Shown piece by piece: positions 37,778 to 47,093 of a DNA stretch of 64,000 nt. The notes under the pieces were generated by a model. The model was not told the DNA's origin and did not search any database. It was given only the letters and a program-made list of their open reading frames with translations. The position numbers and the translations under genes were made by a program. Each line of letters begins with the position of its first letter. Within the stretch, counting starts at the first letter, position 1. Source of the DNA: an uncultured Acidimicrobiia bacterium (GTDB lineage: Bacteria; Actinomycetota; Acidimicrobiia; Acidimicrobiales; JACDCH01); assembly GCA_963721305.1 (NCBI GenBank), contig CAVRIR010000003.1:926511-990510 (forward strand), in the 5' to 3' direction.

Positions 37778-38457
37778 GGCGTGTCTCCTCCGTCTCGTTC
37801 ACCGGGCAGCACGACGACGAGCGTCCCGGCGGTCAGCTCGACCTCGGCCGGCATCGTCTCGAGCACGTTGCTGACACCGCGCGTCGTGCCCGCGGGCAGC
37901 GTCTCGCCGTGCAGTGGGTAACGGAGCCCCGCGGTCCGCACGCCGCCAGCCGGCCCGTGCAGCGGCAGCAGCGAGACGATCTCGCCGACCGCGCCTTCGA
38001 TCACCGCGGTCGGCCCGCCGCCGTGCAGGACGTGAACGCGGGCACGACCGAAGTACGCCGTGATCACACACGCGGCGTAGCGCGGAGACGCGAGCACGAG
38101 CAGGTTGGCGAAGAGGTGGTCGCGCCGCCCGCCGTCGCCACCGACCACGACGATGCGCGTGCATCCTTCCGACACCGCTTCGTCCATCGCCAGCTCGAGA
38201 TCGGTGTGGTCCTTCGCAGCCGGATGGCGCTCGATGCGCGCGCCTGCGGCCGTGACGTCGTCGAGGCCCGCCGCGGACACGGAGTCGAAGTCACCGACCG
38301 CGACATCCACGTGCAGCCCTGCGGCCAATGCATGGTCGATGCCCGAGTCCGCCGCGACCACGAGCGTGCCCGGCACCACTTGGATCCCGGTCAGCCGCTG
38401 CTGGTCGGGCGCGTCACCACCGACGACGACGATGCACTGCTCAGGGCTCCGGCTCAC
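37774..38457 (-). CDS. thiamine pyrophosphokinase
   Basis: ORF 37774..38475. Contains VVGGD...AADSG...GDFDS...KD.TD.E.A, typical of TPK. I place the start at GTG 38457, which is preceded by GGAGGA. The track ATG at 38475 lies inside the riboswitch UAAUGCC box. Confidence 0.8.
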   Translation of the reverse strand: MSRSPEQCIVVVGGDAPDQQRLTGIQVVPGTLVVAADSGIDHALAAGLHVDVAVGDFDSVSAAGLDDVTAAGARIERHPAAKDHTDLELAMDEAVSEGCTRIVVVGGDGGRRDHLFANLLVLASPRYAACVITAYFGRARVHVLHGGGPTAVIEGAVGEIVSLLPLHGPAGGVRTAGLRYPLHGETLPAGTTRGVSNVLETMPAEVELTAGTLVVVLPGERDGGDTP

Positions 38458-38461
38458 GGCT

Positions 38462-38559
38462 TCCTCCGCTGGCATTACCCAGGTCAGGTTCGTGGGTCGG
38501 TGACGCTGCTTCGTTCGCCGTCGGGCGAATTGCCGGTCACCCTCTCAGCCCGGCTGTCC
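38462..38559 (-). promoter_or_regulatory. TPP (THI-box) riboswitch
   Basis: The minus strand reads GGGGAGCUCGGGACAGCCGGGCUGAGAGGGUGACC...GUCACCGACCCACGAACCUGACCUGGGUAAUGCCAGCGGAGG. The invariant CUGAGA and ACCUGA.C.GGGUAAUGCCAGCG blocks are present. The 3' end overlaps the RBS. Confidence 0.85.
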
Positions 38560-38655
38560 CGAGCTCCCCAGGGTTTCGGTTGTGGCGGCGATGGTATCGC
38601 CGGCCTCGCCGGTCAGGGCAATCAGTTGGGCGAGACGATCCCATAGCGTGCGGAC

Positions 38656-39591
38656 ATGGAATCCCGCGCCATCGGCAGCCTCACCGTCTCGCTCGTCGGG
38701 CTCGGCTGCAACAACTTCGGCCGCCGTCTCGACCAGGCGGCAACACGTGCAGTGGTCGACGCGGCCGTCGATGCCGGCATCACGTTGTTCGACACGGCCG
38801 ACATCTACGGCACCGGTGAGAGCGAGGAGCTGCTCGGCCGAGCGCTCGGTTCACGGCGCGACGATGTCGTGATCGCGACGAAGTTCGGGATGGGCGACGG
38901 CACCACACTTCCGAACGGCGCGAGCGCGGCGTCGATCGTGACTGCCGCGGAGGGAAGCCTGCGTCGGCTCGGCACCGATCACATCGACCTGTACCAGTTG
39001 CACAGGCCCGACGACACGACGCCGATCGACGAGACGCTGGAGGCACTCGATCGACTCGTGCGCGACGGGAAATTGCGCGAGATCGGTTGCTCGAACTTCG
39101 ACGGCGATCGCGTCGATGCTGCTGCCGCGGCGGCGACCAAGTCGGACACGGCCGCGTTCGCCAGCGTGCAGAACGAGCTGAGTCTGCTGCGGCGCCGGGG
39201 CGAGCCTGACCTGCTCGATGCCTGCGATCGACACGACCTCGCGATCCTTCCGTTCTTCCCGCTGGCGTCTGGCGTGCTGACCGGGAAGTACCGCCGCGGT
39301 GAAGAACCGCCGACGGGAACGCGCCTCGCCGGCATGCCCGCAGAAGGTCGCGAACGTGCGCTGTCCGATCGACGGTTCGACGTCGTCGAACGGCTCGACG
39401 ACTTCGCCCGCGACAGCGGGCACACCTTGCTCGAGCTGGCGATGTCGTGGCTGGCCGGACTCCCCCATCTCGCATCTGTGATCGCGGGCGCGACGAAGCC
39501 GGAACAGGTGCGAGCCAACGTGGCGGCGGTGAGTTGGGAGCTGACGCCCGAGCAGCGCGCCGACGTGGACGCGATCGCGCCGCCCGGCTAA
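38656..39591 (+). CDS. aldo/keto reductase
   Basis: ORF 38656..39591. Contains LGCNNFG, FDTADIYG, and catalytic Y/K positions in context. Confidence 0.9.
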   Translation: MESRAIGSLTVSLVGLGCNNFGRRLDQAATRAVVDAAVDAGITLFDTADIYGTGESEELLGRALGSRRDDVVIATKFGMGDGTTLPNGASAASIVTAAEGSLRRLGTDHIDLYQLHRPDDTTPIDETLEALDRLVRDGKLREIGCSNFDGDRVDAAAAAATKSDTAAFASVQNELSLLRRRGEPDLLDACDRHDLAILPFFPLASGVLTGKYRRGEEPPTGTRLAGMPAEGRERALSDRRFDVVERLDDFARDSGHTLLELAMSWLAGLPHLASVIAGATKPEQVRANVAAVSWELTPEQRADVDAIAPPG

Positions 39592-40811
39592 CGGCGCAAG
39601 AGGTCTTTGGCGATGTGCGTGATCTGGATCTCGTCCGTGCCCGCGTAGATCTGCAGGACCTTGGCGTCGCGCGCCAACTGCTCGACGTGGAACTCGGACA
39701 TGTAGCCGTTGCCGCCGTGGAGCTGCACCGCTTCCATCGCCACTTCGGTCGCGGCGCGCGCCGAGTACAGCTTCATGGCCGACGCCTCCGCGAGCGTCAG
39801 GCTTCGACCGGCGGCTGACATCTCGATCGAGCGGAACACCAGGTTCTGCACGTTGAGCCGAGCGACTTCCATTCGGGCGAGCTTCTCCTGGATGAGCTGG
39901 AACTCGCCGATCGGTTGGCCGAACTGCACGCGGTTCTTCGCGTACTCCACGCACGTCTCGAGGCACTGCTCGATGATCCCGAGCGACATCGCGGCGACAC
40001 CGGAGCGCTCCATCGAGAACGTGTCCTTCGCACCTTCGCGGCCGCCCGAAGGAACGTCCTCGGTCTCGCCGATCAGGCGATCGCGGCCGGCTCGCACGTC
40101 GGTGAGGAACAGCTCACCCGTCGGCGACGAATGCATGCCCATCTTGCGCAGCGGCTTGGACTGCTCGAGGCCGGGCATCCCCGAGTCGAGGATGAAGGAC
40201 AGGATCTTGCGCTCGGCCGGCGGGTTGCCCTCGTCGAGCTTGCAGATGAAGACGATCGTGTCGGCGAAGGGACCGTTCGTGATGAACGTCTTCGACCCGT
40301 TGAGGACGTACTCGTCGCCGTCGCGGCGAGCAGTCGACTTCATGGATCCGAACGCGTCCGAGCCGGAGTTGGGCTCGGTGATGGCCCACGACCCGATCTT
40401 GTCGAGCGTCTGGAGGTCGAGCGCCCAGCGCTCCTTCTGCGCGATCGTGCCGCGGCTCATGATCGCCGCGCTCGTGAGTCCCATGGAGACGCCCATGGCG
40501 GTGACCATGCCGGGACAATGGCGGCACAGCTCGATGATCGGGATGATCGTCAGCGCGGCACCGCCACCCCCGCCGCCCGCATCGGCGTCGTTGTCCGCTT
40601 GCGGTCTCGCCTCGCGCTCGCGCTCGATCCGACGTTTGAAGCTCTCGCGCGCCATCGCGTCCATGCCGAACGTGGCGAACAGCTTGCGCAAGATGTCGTA
40701 CGGCGGCAGATCGCCGTGCTCGAGCTCGTCACGATGCGGGACGATCTCCGCCTCCACGAACTGGCGCACCGCATCGCGGATCATCCGCTGCTCTTCGGAC
40801 CATTCGAACAT
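39588..40811 (-). CDS. acyl-CoA dehydrogenase
   Basis: In frame in ORF 39588..40913 from ATG 40811 (MFEWSEEQRMIRDAVRQF...). Contains WAITEPNSGSDA and a C-terminal YAGTDEIQ. Confidence 0.9.
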   Translation of the reverse strand: MFEWSEEQRMIRDAVRQFVEAEIVPHRDELEHGDLPPYDILRKLFATFGMDAMARESFKRRIEREREARPQADNDADAGGGGGGAALTIIPIIELCRHCPGMVTAMGVSMGLTSAAIMSRGTIAQKERWALDLQTLDKIGSWAITEPNSGSDAFGSMKSTARRDGDEYVLNGSKTFITNGPFADTIVFICKLDEGNPPAERKILSFILDSGMPGLEQSKPLRKMGMHSSPTGELFLTDVRAGRDRLIGETEDVPSGGREGAKDTFSMERSGVAAMSLGIIEQCLETCVEYAKNRVQFGQPIGEFQLIQEKLARMEVARLNVQNLVFRSIEMSAAGRSLTLAEASAMKLYSARAATEVAMEAVQLHGGNGYMSEFHVEQLARDAKVLQIYAGTDEIQITHIAKDLLRR

Positions 40812-40870
40812 CCCGAAACCGTACGCCGTCCCACATCGCGCGGCCGCTTCCGCCGCCGTCAGCCGCACAT

Positions 40871-40977
40871 CACATTGATGTCCGAGCCACCAAAACGGTG
40901 GGTAGGGCTTCACAGAAGGGACGGCCGCTCGTTCTGGGAAGTCCAGGCCACCAAAACGGTGGCTGAGACATCAATGT
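40871..40977. repeat. 107-bp composite palindrome (12-bp perfect terminal inverted repeats, two internal CCACCAAAACGGTGG hairpins, central hairpin)
   Basis: CACATTGATGTC ... GACATCAATGTG at the ends, and GCCACCAAAACGGTGG twice in direct orientation. The central hairpin is GGCTTCACAGAA / TTCTGGGAAGTC. Located in the 198-bp spacer between the SDR and acyl-CoA dehydrogenase genes. Confidence 0.6.
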
Positions 40978-41009
40978 GAGGGCGCGCGGGCGGGACGGAA
41001 AGCGCGCCC

Positions 41010-41942
41010 TCAGGCGGGCCAGGGGTACACGACGCCGGTCTCCTGCTCGGACAGCTCCCACAGACGGCGAGCGTCGGCTGCGTTGCGCGCTGATCCGCTC
41101 GGGTGCGCGACCGTCGGATGTCCGTGCATCTCGAACACGCCGCCCGGCCCGTAGTAAGTGCCGCCCTCGACGTCCGGCATCGTCGCGGCGTACAGCTGCG
41201 GCCACGCACCTTGCACGTCGCTCTGCGCGAACACCTTGTTGCCGAACGTCGTCGCCCACTCCATGACGGGGTTGCCTGCCATCTCGGGCCCGACGGCTTG
41301 GAGGTGCGTCGCCGCGTAGCCGGGATGCGCGCCGACCGAGACGAGTGCGGTATCCGCGCCGCGCGCTCGACGATCGAGCTCGAACGCGAACAGCAGGTTG
41401 GCCAGCTTCGACTGCCCGTACGCCATCCACTTGCGGTAGCTCTTGCGCCAATGCGGATCGTCCCACCGCATCTTCCCGCTGCGGTGGACGAGCGACGAGG
41501 TCGTCACGACCCGTGGCGCGGGTGCACGCAGCAGCAACGGCAGGAACCGGCCGGTGAGCGCGTAGTGCCCGAGATGGTTGGTACCGAACTGTGCTTCGAA
41601 CCCGTCTGCGGTCTCACGCCGAGGGATGGCCATGACCCCGGCGTTGTTCATGAGGACGTCGAGCTTGTCGACGTGGCGGCCGACCTCCGCAGCGCAGGAT
41701 TCGATGGACTCGAGGCTGGCGAGATCCACCTCGACGTACACCGGCTCGGCACCCTTCGCTTCGGCCTTCACCGCGGCGAGTGCCTCAGCGGCCTTCGCCG
41801 GGTTCCGGCATCCGAGGAGCACCTGCGCCCCGGCCTGCGCCAGCGCCTCCGCTGATCGCAACCCGAGTCCGCTGTTCGCGCCGGTGACGAGGACCGTCCT
41901 ACCGGTCTGGTCCGGGATGTCGCTGCTGCTCCAGGAGGTCAC
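41010..41942 (-). CDS. short-chain dehydrogenase/reductase (SDR) oxidoreductase
   Basis: ORF 41010..41942 with a GTG start. Contains TGANSGLG, NNAG and Y..SK. Confidence 0.85.
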   Translation of the reverse strand: MTSWSSSDIPDQTGRTVLVTGANSGLGLRSAEALAQAGAQVLLGCRNPAKAAEALAAVKAEAKGAEPVYVEVDLASLESIESCAAEVGRHVDKLDVLMNNAGVMAIPRRETADGFEAQFGTNHLGHYALTGRFLPLLLRAPAPRVVTTSSLVHRSGKMRWDDPHWRKSYRKWMAYGQSKLANLLFAFELDRRARGADTALVSVGAHPGYAATHLQAVGPEMAGNPVMEWATTFGNKVFAQSDVQGAWPQLYAATMPDVEGGTYYGPGGVFEMHGHPTVAHPSGSARNAADARRLWELSEQETGVVYPWPA

Positions 41943-41952
41943 ACCCAGATCG

Positions 41953-42663
41953 TTACGCGAAAGCAGGGCGGACGGCCAGGATGTTGGCCACGTACAGCAG
42001 CGTCTCCGGCAGCACCACGCCGCTGCTCACCGAGCGAAGTCCCTGGTAGTACGCGGCAAGTGACACTGGCACGTCGTTGCCCGTGTGGTCGAGCAGGTAG
42101 CGCATGAACCGTGCCGACATCCGGATGTTGTCGTTGGCGCTGGCGGGATCGAGGCGGATCCCGATCAACAGGCGCGTGACGTCCACGGTGGCGGGCTCCA
42201 ACTGGCCGACGCCCATCGCGCCCGTCTTCGACACGACCGACGTCTGCCAGCCGGACTCGATCCACGCGGTCGCTTCGAGCAGGTCCGCAGGTACGCCGTA
42301 GGTCGCACCCCATCGCACGAACAGCGGGCGCATCGCCAACCGGTCAGGGTGCGCTTGCAGCTTCGCGGGCAATACGCCGCGTCGATAGCCCGAAGACGTC
42401 GTCGAGCCCGATGTGCCACCACTACCTGCGGGGATCGTCAGCGTGCGCCCGATGACCACCACGTTCCGATTGCGAATGCCGTTGGCCGTTGCGATCGCGT
42501 TGACAGACGACCCGTAACGCGACGCTATCGACGTCAGGGTGTCGCCGGGACGCACGACGTACGTCTGCGCGGCCGCGTTCGCCTTCGTCGTCGATGCCTG
42601 ACCTGCCGCGGCGAGGACAGCGATCGCTGCGACACACAGACAAGTGACGAGCCGCGGCCTCAT
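41953..42663 (-). CDS. LysM domain-containing lytic transglycosylase (SLT domain)
   Basis: ORF 41953..42669. Start placed at ATG 42663 (ATGA overlap with the upstream stop). Signal peptide, LysM (YVVRPGDTLTSIA...), and an SLT motif with catalytic E in AWIESGW followed by GAMGVGQL. Confidence 0.8.
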   Translation of the reverse strand: MRPRLVTCLCVAAIAVLAAAGQASTTKANAAAQTYVVRPGDTLTSIASRYGSSVNAIATANGIRNRNVVVIGRTLTIPAGSGGTSGSTTSSGYRRGVLPAKLQAHPDRLAMRPLFVRWGATYGVPADLLEATAWIESGWQTSVVSKTGAMGVGQLEPATVDVTRLLIGIRLDPASANDNIRMSARFMRYLLDHTGNDVPVSLAAYYQGLRSVSSGVVLPETLLYVANILAVRPAFA

Positions 42664-43478
42664 CCGCACGCGGCGACCAGCGTGTAGTACGGATTCACCG
42701 CGGCACCGCCACCGGGATGGATCTCGAAGTGCAGATGGGTCGGGCCGCCCTTTGCGTCGCCCGTGTCACCGACGTAGCCGATGACGTCGCCGGCTTTGAC
42801 CTTGCCGGACTTGCCGAACTTGTCGAGATGCGCGCCGACGTACGTCGTCCCGTCCGAGCCGGTCAGGCGGAATTGGTTGCCGCTGATGCTGCCGACGACC
42901 TGCGCGACGGTGCCGCTCACCGGAGCGAGGACGGGCGTTCCCCGCTTGGCCATCATGTCGTTGCCCTGGTGGAAGCCGGTGTCCTCCCGGGCGAATCCCC
43001 AGTCGTTCATGAAGTGCGCACTCGCCACCGGGCATCGGGTCAGTGCCGTCTTCGGGGGAACGTTGCGCGGCGCCACCAGTAACTGGCCGCCCGCATAGAG
43101 CATCGACGTCGGCTTCAGCCCGTTGGCCTGAATGAGCGTGGCGACGGGTACTCCGGTCCTGGCGGCGACCGTGGCCAGCGTGTCGCCCGGCCGAACGACC
43201 GCGACGGCGAACGGGAAGGCCGATGTCGACGGGCTCACGGACGTCCCTGACGACGGTGGGGCTCCGGAGAGCGCCAGGTTCTGCCCGATCAGGATCATGT
43301 TGGGATTGCGGATGCCGTTGGCCGCCACCAGCGCCTGCACGGTCGTGCCGTTGCGGGCCGCGATGGAGGACAAGGTGTCGCCGCGATGGACGGTGTAACG
43401 CCCTGTCTGCGCCAGGCCGGCCATCGCGGTCAGGGCGACGGCACTCACGAGAAGCGCAGTGCTGCCTCGTCGGCGCAC
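42660..43478 (-). CDS. secreted 2x LysM + M23 family metallopeptidase
   Basis: ORF 42660..43478. Two LysM repeats, then HQGNDM and GDTGDAKGGPTHLHFEIH. Confidence 0.85.
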   Translation of the reverse strand: MRRRGSTALLVSAVALTAMAGLAQTGRYTVHRGDTLSSIAARNGTTVQALVAANGIRNPNMILIGQNLALSGAPPSSGTSVSPSTSAFPFAVAVVRPGDTLATVAARTGVPVATLIQANGLKPTSMLYAGGQLLVAPRNVPPKTALTRCPVASAHFMNDWGFAREDTGFHQGNDMMAKRGTPVLAPVSGTVAQVVGSISGNQFRLTGSDGTTYVGAHLDKFGKSGKVKAGDVIGYVGDTGDAKGGPTHLHFEIHPGGGAAVNPYYTLVAACG

Positions 43479-43615
43479 TCGGGGGTTGGTGGGGACGCGG
43501 ATGTCGGAACCTCCAGGGCTCCGCCCGCGTGGATCTCAACCTAAATGATCACACGAGCCACTTCAACCCCTGGGCCCACATTCGCATCATCAACAACACC
43601 ACCAACGGGACTCGA

Positions 43616-45223
43616 TCAACGAGACTGGCGCCGCGCCTCCGCCCGGCGTTCGGCCGCCAGACGCTCGAGCGATGGTTCGGGCGAATGGTCGACGAACCGC
43701 ATCATCTCTGCGACCGCGTGGTGGCCGGCCTGCTCTGCGATGAGCCGGTGCATCTCCTGCGCGACCAATCGGTACGCAGGATGACCTTGGGGAGTCGACC
43801 GCAACTCGATCAGGTGCATCGCCTCACGCGCGTTCAGTTGCAGCATGAACCGGACCTTGTAGGCCAGCGACACCGCGTACGGCGCTTGGGACGGGAACCG
43901 TTCGGTGAGCGCGTCGTGCAGGTTCGCGGACCGCTCCATTGCGGCGTCGAACGCCGCGGTCTGTCCGGCCAGGTCGACTGCGTCGGGCCGCGTGTAGCCG
44001 TGACGCGGCGACAGCGCCTGCCATTCGATCGTCAACATGCGATGGCGTTGCAGATCGCGGAACGCGCCATAGTCGGCGAGCACGTCGAATCGGTACTGCA
44101 CCCGCTCGAGCGCGCGCCCGGGCTTGTGGCGGCGATTCATCCGCTCACCCGCGTAGGCACGCACCACCGCGAGCCGCTCGTCGACTGACATGGCGCGAAC
44201 CCGCGCTTCGATCGCGGGCTCGGGCGCGTGCGCGTACTGGTAGAGCATCGCGGTGACGAGCTCGACCTCGGCATCCGGATCGAAGTCGACGAGCTGCACC
44301 GCCGGCACGTCGTCCACGACGGCTCCCGACGGGAACAACCGCTCGGCGATCTCCTCCATCGCGGTGCGCGTCGACGCGAGGTACGTGCTCCAAGCCACAC
44401 CGCGGTCGTCGAGGTCGACCCGCTTGAGGAACGACGGGATCACCTTGCGCAGCTCGCTCAACATCAAGTCGGCGTACGCGCGCGCTTCGGGCAGCGGGTG
44501 CGCGCGCATGCGCAGCAGGAGCTGCTCATAGCCCTGTCCCGTGCCGTAGATGCCGACGTTCGAGAGCGACGCCGCCGGAAGGATCCCTCGCAAGGAATCG
44601 AACGCCTTGGCGCGGATCGCCTGGCGGTACACGAAGTCGGTGTCGTCGGGCTCCTTTGGGAAGCGTTCGCGGAAGAAATCGGCGAGAACGGGCACGAGCT
44701 CCGCGTAGGTGTCGAACAGCCGATCCATGTCGCCGACGTATCGTGTGCCGAGCGCCGAGCCGAGCACTTCGGGATCGCGGTAGTAGCGATACCGGCCACC
44801 GATGCGCGTGTCGTACGCGATGTAACGCGTCGACTGCTCGAGGTAGCTCATGAGCCGTCCCCACTCGAGCACCTTGGTCAGCAGGTTCGAGGCCTGCTCG
44901 CACGCGAGGTGCACACCGCCGAGCTGGGCGACGGAGTCGTCGCCGTACTCGAAGAAAACCCGGTCGTAGAGCTCTTCGGCCCGCCGCAGCCCGACGGTCG
45001 CGTCGATGCTCTGGTCCCCGGAGATGTCGAGATCGCCGACGAACTCGTCGAGGAACAGCCGCCGCAGGCTCTTGGGCGACCGGCTGTAGCGGGCGAACAG
45101 CGCTCCCTTCACCACTTCTGGCAGGTTGACCAGCGCAAACACCGGTCCGTCCAGATTTGTGAAGTACCGCCGGAGGATGTCGGCTTCGTGGGGTTCGAAG
45201 TCCTCGGCGATGTAGACCGTCAT
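43616..45223 (-). CDS. thyX: FAD-dependent thymidylate synthase, long (pseudo-dimeric, about 535 aa) ThyX type
   Basis: In frame in ORF 43616..45703 from ATG 45223 (MTVYIAEDF...). The ThyX signature RHR is in FRDLQRHRMLT. Double-length architecture. Confidence 0.75.
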   Translation of the reverse strand: MTVYIAEDFEPHEADILRRYFTNLDGPVFALVNLPEVVKGALFARYSRSPKSLRRLFLDEFVGDLDISGDQSIDATVGLRRAEELYDRVFFEYGDDSVAQLGGVHLACEQASNLLTKVLEWGRLMSYLEQSTRYIAYDTRIGGRYRYYRDPEVLGSALGTRYVGDMDRLFDTYAELVPVLADFFRERFPKEPDDTDFVYRQAIRAKAFDSLRGILPAASLSNVGIYGTGQGYEQLLLRMRAHPLPEARAYADLMLSELRKVIPSFLKRVDLDDRGVAWSTYLASTRTAMEEIAERLFPSGAVVDDVPAVQLVDFDPDAEVELVTAMLYQYAHAPEPAIEARVRAMSVDERLAVVRAYAGERMNRRHKPGRALERVQYRFDVLADYGAFRDLQRHRMLTIEWQALSPRHGYTRPDAVDLAGQTAAFDAAMERSANLHDALTERFPSQAPYAVSLAYKVRFMLQLNAREAMHLIELRSTPQGHPAYRLVAQEMHRLIAEQAGHHAVAEMMRFVDHSPEPSLERLAAERRAEARRQSR

Positions 45224-45279
45224 AGAGCGAGCCGACTGTAGGCGGGTCTCGACCGGGCGCCGCGGACCACGCTGAGCGG

Positions 45280-46476
45280 TCAGGACGAGCGGTGACTCAC
45301 ACTCTCCGCGAACTCCGCCTTGGCCGCGTCGAGCACGTCGGGGCGCAGCCACAGGTCGGCCACCGTCATCGCCAAGGCCTTCGCCCCGTCCACGACAGCG
45401 GCATCGCCCGCCTCCGCGGCGGTGTACGACGCGAACTCCTGGGAGTGGATCGACACGTGGGGCGGGCCGACTCGGATCATCGGATGGATCGCCGGCACGA
45501 CGTACGAGACGTTGCCCATGTCGGTGCTGCCGACGACCGGATGCCCGGCCGCGCCGGGGTCGCCCAGTCGCCGACCGGTGCGCGCCGCGTTCGCGCTGTA
45601 GAGGTCGAGCATCGCCCGGTTGTCGATCATGTCGGCGTACACGGGTTGCTTCCACTCGTACGCCATCTCGCAACCAGCCGCCATCGCGCCGGCTTCGAGG
45701 CACGCGAGCACGCGCGGCTTGAGCCGTTCGAGGGTCTTCAACGTCGGTGAACGCACGTACCAGTGCGCGGAGGCGAACTCGGGAACGATGTTCGGCTTTT
45801 CCCCGGCGTTCGGGAAGATGCCGTGCAACCGTTCGGTCGGCAGGATGTGCTGGCGCAGCGCGGCGACGTTCATGTAGCCGAGCACCGCGGCATCGAGCGC
45901 GTTGCGCCCCTTCTGCGGGAACGCGGCGGCGTGCGCGGCCTTGCCGTGGTACTCGACCCAGAGCTGTTGGATCGCGATCACGTCCATGCGGGTCAGATCC
46001 GCGCCCGCGGGATGGATCATCATCGCCGCATCCACGCCGTCGAGCGCGCCCTGGTCGGCCATCAGCACCTTGCCACCGCCGCCCTCTTCCGCCGGCGTGC
46101 CGAGGATCAGGATGCGCCCGCCGAGCTCATCCGCCAGGGTCGCGGCGGCGATGCCCGCGCCGATACCCGCCGTGCCGATGATGTTGTGACCGCAGGCGTG
46201 CCCGATGCCGGGCAGCGCGTCGTACTCGCACAACACGGCGATCGTCGGACCGGTGCTTCCGGCGCGCGCCACGAACGCCGTTTCCAAGTTGTACGCGTTG
46301 CGTTCGAGCTCGAGCCCTTCCGCTTCGAGGATGCCGGTGAGGACGTCGTGCGCGAAATGCTCTTCGAAGTTGAGCTCGGGGTTCGCATGGATCTGATGCG
46401 ACGCATCGATGAGCACGTCCGCGCGCTTGTCCACCTCGGCGGCGATGCGCTCCTTGACGGCTTCGAGATCGCTCAT
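45280..46476 (-). CDS. M20 family amidohydrolase/metallopeptidase
   Basis: ORF 45280..46476. Contains HACGHN, GTPAEEGGGGK, and a dimerisation insert. Confidence 0.85.
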   Translation of the reverse strand: MSDLEAVKERIAAEVDKRADVLIDASHQIHANPELNFEEHFAHDVLTGILEAEGLELERNAYNLETAFVARAGSTGPTIAVLCEYDALPGIGHACGHNIIGTAGIGAGIAAATLADELGGRILILGTPAEEGGGGKVLMADQGALDGVDAAMMIHPAGADLTRMDVIAIQQLWVEYHGKAAHAAAFPQKGRNALDAAVLGYMNVAALRQHILPTERLHGIFPNAGEKPNIVPEFASAHWYVRSPTLKTLERLKPRVLACLEAGAMAAGCEMAYEWKQPVYADMIDNRAMLDLYSANAARTGRRLGDPGAAGHPVVGSTDMGNVSYVVPAIHPMIRVGPPHVSIHSQEFASYTAAEAGDAAVVDGAKALAMTVADLWLRPDVLDAAKAEFAESVSHRSS

Positions 46477-46485
46477 GCAGACGGT

Positions 46486-47093
46486 CTACACGACGCAGGT
46501 GAGCGCATCGGGCTCCAGCCGGATGGAGAGCGTGCGGGCCGACCCGATCCGCTCGCCGTCGAGCCAGACATCGAGACCGTCGACGTCGACCTGCACCGCC
46601 GCCGCTCGTCGTTCCTTGATGTCGCGGTGCGGAACATGCGAGCCCGTCGCCAGCCGCGGTCGCGCCTTGAGCCGCTCACCGAACGGCATCGACACGTCGA
46701 ACGTGTCGAGGATGCCGTCGTTCGGATGGCTGCGCGGGGCAACGTCCCAGTGACCGATGAACTCCGCGTTCATCGCCACGTAGACCCGTCCGCGCCACCA
46801 TCCCTTCCTCGCGACCAGGTGCGCCACGAACCAGTGCAAGCGACCGTCGATCAACACCGCGCCGAGATCGACCGGCAACTGCATGGCGTCGGGTGAGCGC
46901 AGGCGAGCTTCGTCGCCCGTGCCACCGAGCGTCCGGCACAGGTCACCGCCGAGCAGGCCGAGCGGCGGGATCGACTCACCGGCGCGCTGGGCGCGCTCGA
47001 CCGCGCGCGCGCCTCGGCGTCGGTGCGCACGAGCACACCGTCGGGCGGAAGCGGCCCCGCCATCCCCCACGTCTCACCCTTCCGGATCGTCAT
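46486..47093 (-). pseudogene. conserved hypothetical protein, apparent frameshift inside a (CG)5 run at 47002-47012
   Basis: The N-terminus MTIRKGETWGMAGPLPPDGVLVRTDAEARA is from ORF 46851..47093 (ATGA overlap with the helY stop). It continues as ...AVERAQRAGESIPPLGLLGGDL... in the frame of ORF 46486..47070. Confidence 0.5.

Noticed and set aside
43479-43615. Possible c-di-AMP (ydaO/yuaA) riboswitch upstream of the LysM-M23 gene.
   Set aside because: The conserved blocks (GGGGACCCA, GGGGUGAAUC, CCCGAA..CAGCUAACCUCGUAAGCG) are absent. Only a vague GGGCCCAGGGGUUGAAG resemblance was seen.
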